The notes below the pieces were generated by a model. That model made no database searches. It worked only from the letters and a program-made list of their open reading frames with translations, and was not told the DNA's origin. Positions 30,700 to 40,600 of a DNA stretch of 57,537 nucleotides are shown one piece after another. Made by a program: the position numbers and the translations under genes. Source of the stretch: Candidatus Bathyarchaeota archaeon (GTDB taxonomy: Archaea; Thermoproteota; Bathyarchaeia; Bathyarchaeales; Bathyarchaeaceae); the NCBI GenBank assembly GCA_020348945.1, contig CP070759.1, positions 1,407,637-1,465,173 of the forward strand, written 5' to 3'. How positions within the stretch are numbered: position 1 is the first letter of the stretch; every line of letters starts with the position of its first letter.

Positions 30700-31953
30700 A
30701 TGCCCAAATTACCTATTATAAACCCCCTACGGCAGAGGTTGAAACGTGCTATTCCATCGGATATTTTGAAGGCTGGTCCAGTTCTTAACCTTAAGGAAGG
30801 GGAGATAGTCATTGTGACGTACACGTCAGCCGCGGACAAGATGAAAGTCTTCTCAGCGTTTGTACGTGAGGGCCTTGAAAATGGCGATGCAGTATATTAT
30901 ACTTGCCCAGACAAGGAAATGGAAATCGTTAGGGCTAAACTCAAGGAACACGGAATTGATGCGAAAAAATATGAAAAAGATGACACTCTGCACATGAACA
31001 GCCTAACCGAACACTTCATGTCTAATGATAAGCTTCACATTGAAAATGCAGTGCAGAGTGTGTTGGATTATTGGAATTACGCCAAAAGGAAAGGATACAA
31101 ACATATAAGGACTATTGAAGATGTTGGTGACTTCTCCTTTCTTAAGGGTCAATGGCAAAAATACGTTGCGGACTATTGGTACCACCCTAAATGGAGCGAC
31201 CCGGTTCGATTTCCTGAATGGGTAAAGACTACAGAACCAGTGGGAGTAGTCTATGTCCCTCTTCTCATGGAAATTACCGCTATTAACGTAGAAGGCATGG
31301 GAGAAACACAGATTGCTGACCTCCTGAAAGCCTTCGGTAAAGGAACAGCCCCTGCAGCAAGGTTTATCGATCTCATTGAGGAAACTAGTTCGTTTTCACG
31401 ATCAATGAACTTGAATCATGAACAGTTGATTGGACGCAAAATTCTGTTGGAATTTGACCCTGTCTCCGACTACGAGAAGACTGTAGACTGCTTAGCCAAG
31501 GAGAGCATGGCTAATGTTGAACCAATTTTCGTTTTCACCTCCAAGACAAGCAGTATCCACTCGCGTCTAACTGAAGAGTCAGCAATCAAGTTCTTCTTAT
31601 CATCAGTTTCAACGTCCATTCCGAAATCAACCTCCGAAAACACGGTGTTCCTACCAGCTAACAATGTGTCTCTAGTCCTAGATGCCATAAACAAGGTGCT
31701 GGAAACTTCTGGTGATGCTAACATCTGTTTCGTGTTCGACATTCTCTCAGAAATGTTAACGTCGGCGGGCCGAGAAAAAACTTACCTCTTCCTTAATCAC
31801 GCGTTGAACATGCTTGCCTCAGGAAAGGTGACTGCTCTGTTTCTGCTCAATCCAAGCGCTCATGAGTCTCAAGTGGTTTCTTCCTTGAGAAGACTATTTA
31901 GCAACCAACTGGTCTACGGAAAAAATGGATTAGAAGCAACAAAAACCTCTTAA
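30700..31953 (+). CDS. MEDS (DcmR sensory) domain protein with C-terminal degenerate RecA/KaiC-like domain
   Basis: FSAFVREGLENGDAVYY...KRKGYKHIR..ED MEDS pattern; C-terminal CFVFDILSEML..VTALFLLNPSAH..LRRLFSNQL. Confidence 0.75.
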   Translation: MPKLPIINPLRQRLKRAIPSDILKAGPVLNLKEGEIVIVTYTSAADKMKVFSAFVREGLENGDAVYYTCPDKEMEIVRAKLKEHGIDAKKYEKDDTLHMNSLTEHFMSNDKLHIENAVQSVLDYWNYAKRKGYKHIRTIEDVGDFSFLKGQWQKYVADYWYHPKWSDPVRFPEWVKTTEPVGVVYVPLLMEITAINVEGMGETQIADLLKAFGKGTAPAARFIDLIEETSSFSRSMNLNHEQLIGRKILLEFDPVSDYEKTVDCLAKESMANVEPIFVFTSKTSSIHSRLTEESAIKFFLSSVSTSIPKSTSENTVFLPANNVSLVLDAINKVLETSGDANICFVFDILSEMLTSAGREKTYLFLNHALNMLASGKVTALFLLNPSAHESQVVSSLRRLFSNQLVYGKNGLEATKTS

Positions 31954-31992
31954 ACTAAATGCATGCGCAAATTGAAGAAAGACGATATGAGA

Positions 31993-33420
31993 TTATTTCT
32001 CCCAAACGTCTAGAGGCGGCTTGTGATCTGGGGGTATTGGTGACTTGTATTTCTTGTTGCCTATTCTACGTCTATGTTCCTTTTTCGCCTTGTTCAATAC
32101 ATCCTTTTTTGTGAGGAGGTCAATAGTTGTGGCAGCCATCACTTTTGCTGCAAATATTAAAGATTTATGTCCAAGTCCAACTCCTCCTTGCGCTACGTCT
32201 TGCCATGAATGTCCAGGTGTACCTAAAACTCCTGATGCAGTGCCGAACTCCACAGTAGGTGTCTGCCAACTAACATCAGCCACATCAGTGCTACCGTGAC
32301 TGGTTTCACCTTCACCCCAAGGGTCAGGAACCTCATCGTCCATCAACTTATCCACAAGCCTCTCCCATCCTGGACGCTTAGACTTCTTTAACTGAGCAAC
32401 CTTCATTTCAGGATCAATTGTCTTAGCAATTTCCTCAGCAAACTTCCAGTCTTCAGCGCTATATTTGGGAAGCCCAATTTCACGCATATTCTTAACAATC
32501 AATTCCGTGATTGTCCTGTTAGGAATGTAATTATAAACTCCCTCGCAAAACTCTACTTTTACCTCAGTTTTGGTCATGATTGCTGCTCCCCTTGAGATAT
32601 CAATGATCCAATTACAAATGAATTCCAATTGATCTCTCTCCGGCGCCCTCACATAATACCAGCTTCTAGCATATGACGGCACAATATTCGGTTGGTTTCC
32701 CCCCTTCTCAATCACATAATGTATTCTTGCATCCTGAATCACATGTTCTCTCAGATAGTTCACACCCATATTCATCAATTCCACTGCATCCAACGCGCTT
32801 CTACCATGCTCAGGAGAACTACCAGCATGAGAAGCTTTACCATAGAAATGAAACTTAACCGAGCTAACAGCCAAACAGCTCTTTAAGACAGCGTAATTCA
32901 TAGAGTTTGGGTGATGACAAATCACCGCATCAACATCACCGAAATACCCGTCTCTAACCATGAACACTTTACCCGAAAAATTCTCCTCAGCTGGGCACCC
33001 AAAGAATTTAATGGCTCCCTTTATTTTGTGTTTTTCCATGGCTTCTTTTGTCGCTATCGCTGCTGCCATGCCACTTGTTCCGTGAATATTGTGTCCACAT
33101 CCATGTCCTGGTTTTCCCGGCTTTAATGGTTCTTTCCTTGGAAGTTTTTTCTGTGACAGCCCGGGCAGTGCATCGTATTCGCCCATTATTCCTATAACTG
33201 GTTTTCCTTCACCCCAAGTGGCTACGAAAGCTGTAGGCATACCTGCAATTCCACGTTCAACCTTAAACCCGTGTTTCTCCAACTCGTCTGCTAGAAGCGA
33301 TGAAGACTTGAACTCAGTTAAGCCAAGTTCAGCGAATTCCCACACCTTATCGCTTATTTCAATAAGCAACTTCTCATTGTTCTCAATCCAATCAAAAGCA
33401 GATTCTTTATCAGCAGACAT
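31993..33420 (-). CDS. M20 amidohydrolase, AbgB (p-aminobenzoyl-glutamate hydrolase subunit B)-like
   Basis: EYDALPGLSQ, GHGCGHN, GCPAEE, GRSALDAVELM, GSTDVADVSW. Confidence 0.92.
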   Translation of the reverse strand: MSADKESAFDWIENNEKLLIEISDKVWEFAELGLTEFKSSSLLADELEKHGFKVERGIAGMPTAFVATWGEGKPVIGIMGEYDALPGLSQKKLPRKEPLKPGKPGHGCGHNIHGTSGMAAAIATKEAMEKHKIKGAIKFFGCPAEENFSGKVFMVRDGYFGDVDAVICHHPNSMNYAVLKSCLAVSSVKFHFYGKASHAGSSPEHGRSALDAVELMNMGVNYLREHVIQDARIHYVIEKGGNQPNIVPSYARSWYYVRAPERDQLEFICNWIIDISRGAAIMTKTEVKVEFCEGVYNYIPNRTITELIVKNMREIGLPKYSAEDWKFAEEIAKTIDPEMKVAQLKKSKRPGWERLVDKLMDDEVPDPWGEGETSHGSTDVADVSWQTPTVEFGTASGVLGTPGHSWQDVAQGGVGLGHKSLIFAAKVMAATTIDLLTKKDVLNKAKKEHRRRIGNKKYKSPIPPDHKPPLDVWEK

Positions 33421-33577
33421 GAATAGCCCCCAGAATATGCAATAAAAAGCATCAATTATTATGGTTTTCTGAGTATCTATGTTTAGTATTGCAACTTAGT
33501 CTTGTGCGCACATTAGAAACCTAACGTTTTGTTATTGGAAGAGTTCCTTTTTTGTTAGGTGTACCCATTGTCTTGTC

Positions 33578-35056
33578 TCACAAGGTGCTCTTCGGCAATT
33601 CTTTTTCCGCTCTGCTAATTATTTCTGAGATTTCCTTTTGTACATCCTTATCCAGCGGTGTTGGCCAGTGTTCTTTGAGAATTTCTTCCGCTCTTTCTCT
33701 AGCCCGTTTGATCATGCTTTTTCCTCCCGCCTTCTTCCAAGCGTCGTAGCTGTGTCTGTCCGTTAGTTCGGGAAAGAAGAGTGCATCTTTGAAGTGTTTT
33801 AAAGTGTGCTTTTCAGCCAGAAAGTGCCCGCTAGGGCCTACTTTGTTAATTACGTCCACGGCTAACGTTTCGTCGATTACTTCTATTCCCTGAACTGATT
33901 TCAACACAGCCTTACAAATTTCGTCATCAAGTACTAGCTCTTCAAAGGAAGCGGCCATTCCTCCCTCTAAACTGCCTGCTCCATAGACAATATCTGCTCC
34001 TGCTAGAACGGGTAGAAGAGTGCTCATCGCTTTTTCATAGCTTGCTTGGGCTCCAGGCATTTTGGAGGAACTGTTAAATCCGTTGACATTTACGCGAAAT
34101 CCGTAGTATCTGGCGATTTCAACTGCAGCAGCACATAGAAGCCCTTCCTCTGGGCCTTGTCCCCACAAACCAGTCTTCATGTCCAAGTTTCCCATCAGAT
34201 AACTAACGCTCGTACTTGTGCTCGGAGATGCAAGTTGGACAGTGCAGACGCCGCTTAAAACCTCAGCGTTTGTTATGACAAGGGAGCCAGCTAAAGTTAC
34301 GGGTGCCGTGGCTCCACCTAGAGGCATGCTTTCAACCACGCAGGGAAAACCAAGCTTAGCAAGTTTTAAGGTAATTTCGACGTATCTTCCCTCAAACTTA
34401 AGTGGTGATTCTGTGCAAAAGCCGCCTCCTCCTAATGGTCGGTTCTTCAATTTTTTCTCGCTTCCAGCAGCCGCTGTGGCTATCTCAAGTTGATAGTCAG
34501 TGAGTTGCATTGCTAGTTCAGGTGGGTAAACAGACCAACCGCAAGGCTTCTCGGTGTTATTTAAAGCAGCAGCGTAATCGTACAAGCAACGAACATTGTT
34601 TGGCTTATCTAAAGCGCTGGTGAGGTGGCCGCCTGCTGCGTAGGATTCAAGTGCATCTGTAACTCGCGTTAACTTTTCCACGTCGTCTAGGGTTGAAGGT
34701 CTCCATTCTCCTGTTGAAAGGTCAATCGTGTTGGGTGTTTCGGTGTCGGTAGTGAAGTAAATATGTCTTCCATCTAGTTTATAGTCGTATTTCGGGTTTC
34801 TTCCATAACTGACAAGCGTTTTTGGAATTTTCTTCAACGCTTCTTCAACAACATAAGATGGAAACAAAACTACGCCTTTTTCGAAATCCACGGTGCACCC
34901 GTTGTCTTGCAGCATCTTCAAAATTCTTTCGCCATGATGAATTCTAATACCGGTTTTTTCTAGGACTTCGAGGGAAGCCAAATGAATCGAGTCAAGTGCA
35001 TCTTGAGTGAAAACGCGAAACGACGGCGTTAAACCATGTTTTTCAAAACCCACCAT
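33578..35056 (-). CDS. Trimethylamine methyltransferase (MttB) superfamily protein, non-pyrrolysine
   Basis: IHLASLEVLEKTG, ESPL, GATAPVTLAG..NAEVL, SKMPGAQASYEK, VGPSGHFL..HT; no in-frame TAG. Confidence 0.92.
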   Translation of the reverse strand: MVGFEKHGLTPSFRVFTQDALDSIHLASLEVLEKTGIRIHHGERILKMLQDNGCTVDFEKGVVLFPSYVVEEALKKIPKTLVSYGRNPKYDYKLDGRHIYFTTDTETPNTIDLSTGEWRPSTLDDVEKLTRVTDALESYAAGGHLTSALDKPNNVRCLYDYAAALNNTEKPCGWSVYPPELAMQLTDYQLEIATAAAGSEKKLKNRPLGGGGFCTESPLKFEGRYVEITLKLAKLGFPCVVESMPLGGATAPVTLAGSLVITNAEVLSGVCTVQLASPSTSTSVSYLMGNLDMKTGLWGQGPEEGLLCAAAVEIARYYGFRVNVNGFNSSSKMPGAQASYEKAMSTLLPVLAGADIVYGAGSLEGGMAASFEELVLDDEICKAVLKSVQGIEVIDETLAVDVINKVGPSGHFLAEKHTLKHFKDALFFPELTDRHSYDAWKKAGGKSMIKRARERAEEILKEHWPTPLDKDVQKEISEIISRAEKELPKSTL

Positions 35057-35275
35057 TCCTCATCACTTCATAGCCAACAATGTTTCAGCGATATTTATCA
35101 TTTTTGCGCGCTTACAATTACTCTTGCAAACTTTGTCTTCATGCGACAATCTGTTAGCACCTCTGTTTGAAACGTTTACTTAGAGAAATTCTTGGCGGCA
35201 AAATCACCTTTTTCTTATTCAAACGTTATTTTAATGTTTCTCTCTTAGTAAGATATGAAAAATTGAGCTCTTTCT

Positions 35276-36169
35276 TTATTTTGTTATCAGCCATGTTCCA
35301 ATAACTATAAGAATTATCGACAAAGCCTTTATCAGTATAGCTCTTTTTCCCATTTCTTCTTTCAAAATTCTCGGCACAAATAAGCTAAGTAGAAGAATAA
35401 TCACAAAGACAAAGAATGGCTCCAAGGATGATGCGGCAGAAACCAAAGACACTGGCCCGCTTGAGATTGCAATGTAATATAAAACTGTTCCAATAAGGCT
35501 CATAGATGTGTTCACAATTCTCCAGAATAGAGCGGTTCTATTCACTCTTTTAATGTCGCTTAGGAAAATGCCTCTTATCTTAGGAACACAAAACAGTGAA
35601 AGCCCTACTATTGAGGTTCCTACAAAATTCCAGAAGAGATATGAGACGTAGTCTATAGCGTTAAGAACATATTTTGTTAAGATTTCGTATCCTGCAAATA
35701 TAAGGCCTGATGCTAAGATGAGTCCCAATGCGGGAGATATTACAGGCTTCTTTCCTTTTTCTTTTCTATAAGAAATGATCATCGCGCCAAGAACCAACGA
35801 TAATACACCTAAATAGCTTGGTAAATTCAGTTTTTCCCCCAGAAACACGTAAGCTAACAGAAGAACAAAGATCGAACTTGTGTACCACAGCGAAATCACT
35901 CTGGAAGTTTCTTCTATCGCCATGGCTTTAAAGTAAAGGATAATCCCCGGGTAGATGCCAAGGCCACCAACAATGCCCAGCAGGGACCAAGGGAGCGCAG
36001 AGGAGATTGACGTGAATAATAGGAGCAACATAACTGGCGACTCTGTTATCGTGTAGAGCAGTTGATAAGTGAAAGGGTCTTGCATGTGCTTCGTTAAGAT
36101 ATACTTGTCTATCACAACACCAACAGCCCAGAATATGGTAGCGACAAAAGCAAAGATGAACCAATCCAT
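35276..36169 (-). CDS. EamA/DMT family transporter
   Basis: About 10 TM helices in two repeats; GPVSLVS..SSLEPFF. Confidence 0.88.
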   Translation of the reverse strand: MDWFIFAFVATIFWAVGVVIDKYILTKHMQDPFTYQLLYTITESPVMLLLLFTSISSALPWSLLGIVGGLGIYPGIILYFKAMAIEETSRVISLWYTSSIFVLLLAYVFLGEKLNLPSYLGVLSLVLGAMIISYRKEKGKKPVISPALGLILASGLIFAGYEILTKYVLNAIDYVSYLFWNFVGTSIVGLSLFCVPKIRGIFLSDIKRVNRTALFWRIVNTSMSLIGTVLYYIAISSGPVSLVSAASSLEPFFVFVIILLLSLFVPRILKEEMGKRAILIKALSIILIVIGTWLITK

Positions 36170-36351
36170 GAAACATTCCTCTTTTCAGAAGGCTTTGTAT
36201 TCATCATTCTCCTATAAAAAGGCGTACCTCAAGAAACTTAGATGACAAAGCTTGTTATTGGATAAACAGTGAAATAGATAAGATTTTTACAAATGCAAAT
36301 TGAAACAATATATCTTAATTTTCTTTCAACCCGCAGAGTTTCGTCTTCCCA

Positions 36352-36612
36352 TTATAGGATGCCGAGTTTGATCGCCACGTCCACCGCCTTGTAGTCGGGG
36401 TGAAGCTTCACAAAAGCCTTTTTCTCCCCTTTAGGTGTAATTGTAACGTTCACTTTTTCCACAGCTACCTCATAGAGTTCTTCTACCGCCCGTTTTATGT
36501 CGGCCTTATTAGCCGCCGTGTTAACAACAAAAACCAGCTTGTTCTCAGATTCAAGAATACGACTCGTAACCTCAGTCATAACCGGATACAACACCACTTC
36601 GTAAGGGTCCAC
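36352..36612 (-). CDS. rpl23: 50S ribosomal protein L23 (uL23)
   Basis: PVMTE, ENKLVFVV, ANKADIKRAVE, GEKKAFVKL. Confidence 0.97.
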   Translation of the reverse strand: MDPYEVVLYPVMTEVTSRILESENKLVFVVNTAANKADIKRAVEELYEVAVEKVNVTITPKGEKKAFVKLHPDYKAVDVAIKLGIL

Positions 36613-36614
36613 GT

Positions 36615-37397
36615 CTATCCTTCTCCAAACAACTCGTTCAGTTTTTCAACAGCCGAACTCGTCCAAACCGCGAGTCTCCCCGGATGAGTTCCTGGCGCCA
36701 AAAGCTCAACGTTTAGGTTGTTCACCTTGACGATGTCTACCCCCGGAAGGTTGCGAGCTGCCTCCACAACCCCCGCATTTTCGGTAATCACGAGTAAGGG
36801 TCCAACAGCTTGTTTCATTTTTCGGCCACGCCTCTTGCCCTTCCCAGCACGAACCTTCCGACTCTCCTTAGCACGATACACGTCTGGCCACACGCCGAGC
36901 TGAATAAAAGCCTTCTCCACCTCGCGAGTTTTCTTTAAACCCTGAATTTCGTCCACGACCACCAGCGGAAAATCTCGAACATCGTCGATTATATGGCCTC
37001 TAGAAGACACAATTTCTTTAGATGCAGTTGCTGCCACCGCCGAGCGTAAGGCCAGTTTCATTTCCTTCCGAGGAATCTTTTTCTCGATTTTCTTCTCCAC
37101 TACTGGTGGATGAGTGGCTCGACCGCCCACGGCGAAGGGGATGAAAGCGCCTCGTTGTCCTCCTCCTTTGATTCTTGAGATCCGTGCGATTCCATGTCCA
37201 GTTCCCATAGACTCTGCGGTTGTTCGTTTGCCAGCTAAAACGTCTCGGCCCTGCGGTTGGAAGCGGTGAGATTGGATGGTGACCACGGCTCGCTTGATAA
37301 CGTCGGGTCTAACAGGAGTTTTGAAAACGGCGGGTAGGGGAAGTTTGCCTGTGGATTTTCCTTCAAGATCAAATATTTTAGATGAAATTTTGCCCAC
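36615..37397 (-). CDS. rpl4: 50S ribosomal protein L4 (uL4)
   Basis: VRPDVIKRAV, AESMGTG, RAGKGKRRGR, LLAPGTHPGRL. Confidence 0.97.
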   Translation of the reverse strand: MGKISSKIFDLEGKSTGKLPLPAVFKTPVRPDVIKRAVVTIQSHRFQPQGRDVLAGKRTTAESMGTGHGIARISRIKGGGQRGAFIPFAVGGRATHPPVVEKKIEKKIPRKEMKLALRSAVAATASKEIVSSRGHIIDDVRDFPLVVVDEIQGLKKTREVEKAFIQLGVWPDVYRAKESRKVRAGKGKRRGRKMKQAVGPLLVITENAGVVEAARNLPGVDIVKVNNLNVELLAPGTHPGRLAVWTSSAVEKLNELFGEG

Positions 37398-37407
37398 TTT
37401 TTGTCCC

Positions 37408-38418
37408 TCATTTACCTTGTGGCGACTCGAGTGAGATGTGGGTGATTTTGGGTGGAGCTTCGGAAACTTTTGTAGGTGGACGGGCTGGATACCGCAGTCG
37501 TATGAGCCGTTTAGCTGGGCCTGGCAGACTTCCGTCCACTAAAACATATGTTCCTCGAACTGGACCGTAGCGTAGGAATCCTCCTTTTGGAGAAACTTCG
37601 CTTCCGTCAGCACCTATCTTTAAGATGCGCTTGTTGTACTCGGTTCTCTGATGGTAGCCCATTTGACCCGCTCTAGGAATAGTGTATAAAACTCGTGGAG
37701 GTTTCCACGGACCGATGGCGCCGACACCTCGCTTGGTCTTCCTAGACTTGTGAGGCAGAATCTTGATGCCCCAGCGTTTCACCGGGCCCTGAAAGCCCTT
37801 TCCCTTGGTCACGGAAACCACATCCACGAACTGTCCTTCCTTAAAAATGTCAGTGACCGAAACTGTTTTTCCCAGCAGTTTCTTTGCATGCTTGAACTGT
37901 TCCTCAATCGTTCCTCCGTCAATCTTAATCTCCATCAAATCCATCTTTTTCTTTGGAACTCCAGCTAATCTGGGCTGCGTGGCGACAATGAGGCGAAACT
38001 CTGCTATTTTGTCAAGGTTTTCTTCCATTTTCTTAAAGCTTTGATCAGGATCTGGATTTTTGGGTGGCGTGAGAGTGCGGTTAAGGTCTTTTGGCGGTTT
38101 CTTCATCCACGCTTCGGTGAAGGTGCGCAAGCCGTACTGGTTTTTTATGTATGCTCGGATGGCGCACATTAGGATGGGTGGGGCGTCTAGAATGGTGGCT
38201 GGATGAACGGTTTCTTTGCCGAGATTGGGTGATCCCGGTTTGTCCTCTACTATGAAAATATGAGTCATACCTGCTTTATATCCCATGAATCCTAGAAGGG
38301 TTGGTCCTTCTTCTACGCTGGGCCAAAAGCGTATTCTGCCAACTTCACTGGCAGCACGACCTCTAGGTAAATAAGCTAAGGAACCATGTCTAGGAGCGTG
38401 TTTCTTCCGGTGACCCAT
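37408..38418 (-). CDS. rpl3: 50S ribosomal protein L3 (uL3)
   Basis: PRHGSL, GYKAGMTH, TKGKGFQGPVKRWG, AGQMGYHQRTEYNK. Confidence 0.97.
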   Translation of the reverse strand: MGHRKKHAPRHGSLAYLPRGRAASEVGRIRFWPSVEEGPTLLGFMGYKAGMTHIFIVEDKPGSPNLGKETVHPATILDAPPILMCAIRAYIKNQYGLRTFTEAWMKKPPKDLNRTLTPPKNPDPDQSFKKMEENLDKIAEFRLIVATQPRLAGVPKKKMDLMEIKIDGGTIEEQFKHAKKLLGKTVSVTDIFKEGQFVDVVSVTKGKGFQGPVKRWGIKILPHKSRKTKRGVGAIGPWKPPRVLYTIPRAGQMGYHQRTEYNKRILKIGADGSEVSPKGGFLRYGPVRGTYVLVDGSLPGPAKRLIRLRYPARPPTKVSEAPPKITHISLESPQGK

Positions 38419-38511
38419 CGTCGTGTCCTTCTTTTTTTATTTCCGTACCCAGCATCGCCTTTGTTTCAATGAACGTTGAGTTATAAATGTTGCGAAATCA
38501 ACACAACCGCC

Positions 38512-39309
38512 TTAACCATGTCTTAGCAGGCTTGACTTGTATATGTATCGTGTTGCCAAGCTGATCAACCAGCCGCTGATGACCAAAACTGTGGCTGGAA
38601 AGGCTTGAGGGTAATAGTTTAGTAGAACGGTTTGGAGTATCAAGAAGCCGGCTGCTATTGCTGTAATGGAGGCAAGTGCGAACTTCTTTCCGTGTTTTTT
38701 GGCAGTTTGAATGCCAAGGAGTCCAGCTAGAAAAACGTCACCCAATCCCAAACCGATAACTGAACCTTCAGTTGGAAAGGTTGGTATAATGAGCATCACA
38801 GGTAAGCCTAACTCAACCAGTTTTTCGCTTGCTTCCACCATGTACCTCGTAATAAAAACTTGAACTATGTCCATAACGGTTATTAAAACGACGAAAGCAG
38901 CTGTTGTTTTCCACGTGAACAAACTGCCTAAATAAACTGAGACGAAGATAGCAAAGAGTATCGCAAAGAGGTTAAACGTAAACAAGTTCCAGTAGGAGGA
39001 AAAATAAAGAGCAATAAACAAGGCTGGAGGTAGAACCGCCAAATACCATTTTGACACAATCAGGTATGTAAACAAGAAGAACCCCAAAAAGTACACGCCC
39101 AAGTAAAGATTCCTTATAGTTTCTCCGGGAATAACCATCAAAACACTTACCACGATGCCCGTTGCCACCACCAGAAGAATTGCGTGATAATAGCGAAATT
39201 TCACTTCTTTGAAAACAGATCCAATCCTTTTTTCATACCTGAAGTAAAGGAAAAGCGTGACTAACGTGATCAGAAAGAGAATCAAGGGAAGCAAAACATC
39301 AAATATCAT
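38512..39309 (-). CDS. Presenilin/signal-peptide-peptidase-like GxGD intramembrane aspartyl protease
   Basis: Multi-TM; VMDIVQVF (YD-equivalent), LGLGD, FPAT (PAL-equivalent). Confidence 0.8.
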   Translation of the reverse strand: MIFDVLLPLILFLITLVTLFLYFRYEKRIGSVFKEVKFRYYHAILLVVATGIVVSVLMVIPGETIRNLYLGVYFLGFFLFTYLIVSKWYLAVLPPALFIALYFSSYWNLFTFNLFAILFAIFVSVYLGSLFTWKTTAAFVVLITVMDIVQVFITRYMVEASEKLVELGLPVMLIIPTFPTEGSVIGLGLGDVFLAGLLGIQTAKKHGKKFALASITAIAAGFLILQTVLLNYYPQAFPATVLVISGWLISLATRYIYKSSLLRHG

Positions 39310-39312
39310 ACG

Positions 39313-40215
39313 TTACTCGCCTTCCAATAGATTTAAAGCTGCCAGAGAGGCGTACAGCGCTTCCTCAGTTCTAACTGTTTCGGTTCCCTGCTCGGGAATA
39401 GTGTTGATCACAAAGTGCGCAATCTTGTCTAGGTTAAGATGTTCACGTGCAGCAATCTTGTATAACCCTTGGGTTGGCGCTCCAAATGCCACCAGTGTTC
39501 TGCTAGACTTTTTCCAGCGTTTCCTTAACTCATCCTTGACCTCTGCTAAGGGAGAACCATGTCGAGATGTGGCAATCGCTAAGTCAAAGGACCGATTTTT
39601 TAGCAGTTGCCCAAACGGAACGTCTGAAACTGTCACGTGATAACCCCAGTATTTTTCAATTTCACTGCGCCTCGCTAGAACAGCTTTGGGGCGTTTTCCC
39701 AACTTCGTAACTCTTATCGTGACTCGATTGTTGACTGAAAGGCGTGTGTCCGTAACCAGCACTGGCCGCTCAACTCCTATGTCCACGAGCGATCCGCCTT
39801 TGGCAAGAGATGTTACCACGCCTTCTCGGTGCTCCCCAATCTTTAGGTCTTTTATTCGATCTGAAAGAGGATGGTGAGGTGTCCGCAGAGGAGGGAGAGT
39901 CCCTGCGTACCGCAGTTCCGGCCGTATCTTGAACAGTCTTTTGCGCAGGTATTGAGGAGTCTCAATGTATGAGAGAATGGTGGTAACCAGCTTGATGTCT
40001 CGGCTCTGATCCGTGTCAAGGAGGTCGGGAAAAACGATGATTTGGTCTACTCGAAAGATGGCGGCTGCTCGTCCGATCAATCCAACTCTGAAAGTTTTCT
40101 CTCGGAGGTGTGGAACATCTAGGACTAAGGATGCAGGCATTGCTATGGAGATTTCACATTCACGTTTCAATGGAGCAATCGTTTGATTTCTAACGCTCAC
40201 CTGCGTTAACCTCAA
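39313..40215 (-). CDS. SPOUT-class RNA methyltransferase (DUF171/SPOUT1-like)
   Basis: GRAAAIFRVD, ETPQYLRK, LPPLRTPHH, PEQGTETVRTEEA; commonly found upstream of rpl3 in archaea. Confidence 0.92.
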   Translation of the reverse strand: MRLTQVSVRNQTIAPLKRECEISIAMPASLVLDVPHLREKTFRVGLIGRAAAIFRVDQIIVFPDLLDTDQSRDIKLVTTILSYIETPQYLRKRLFKIRPELRYAGTLPPLRTPHHPLSDRIKDLKIGEHREGVVTSLAKGGSLVDIGVERPVLVTDTRLSVNNRVTIRVTKLGKRPKAVLARRSEIEKYWGYHVTVSDVPFGQLLKNRSFDLAIATSRHGSPLAEVKDELRKRWKKSSRTLVAFGAPTQGLYKIAAREHLNLDKIAHFVINTIPEQGTETVRTEEALYASLAALNLLEGE

Positions 40216-40272
40216 AAGCTTTTACAACAAGTCTTATTTCTAAGTTTATTGGAACACCTGAGGGTGAAATAC

Positions 40273-40593
40273 ATGGAGAAGAAAAGTTTGATAGTGAACG
40301 TGTGTAGTGCCAAACAGAGACCTGTTGCGGAACTCGCTGGGTGTGCCTTGTGTCAGGAGGTGAAACCTCTCTTCTGGAAGGACGGCAAGCTATTCTGCTT
40401 TGAAACCAAATTTTACGCGAAAGACTCTCGCCTGTTCGTCCTTGACACTTGTGTCGCGAAGATGCCTACCTACTCCAAAACTGTTCGAGTTGAGGGGTTC
40501 GCCAACATACCTTCTGTCATACTCCCGGTAGTTAGGACTTCAGCCATAACTGAAAAAATACTAGAGCAAGCGTTAAACATGCTCAAAGAATAA
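40273..40593 (+). CDS. Hypothetical protein
   Basis: GGTGA before ATG 40273; LFWKDGKLFCFE; directly upstream of pgi/pmi. Confidence 0.7.
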   Translation: MEKKSLIVNVCSAKQRPVAELAGCALCQEVKPLFWKDGKLFCFETKFYAKDSRLFVLDTCVAKMPTYSKTVRVEGFANIPSVILPVVRTSAITEKILEQALNMLKE

Positions 40594-40600
40594 CGGATGG

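Noticed and set aside
33578..35056. Pyrrolysine-containing MttB
   Set aside because: The ORF is open end to end with no in-frame TAG.
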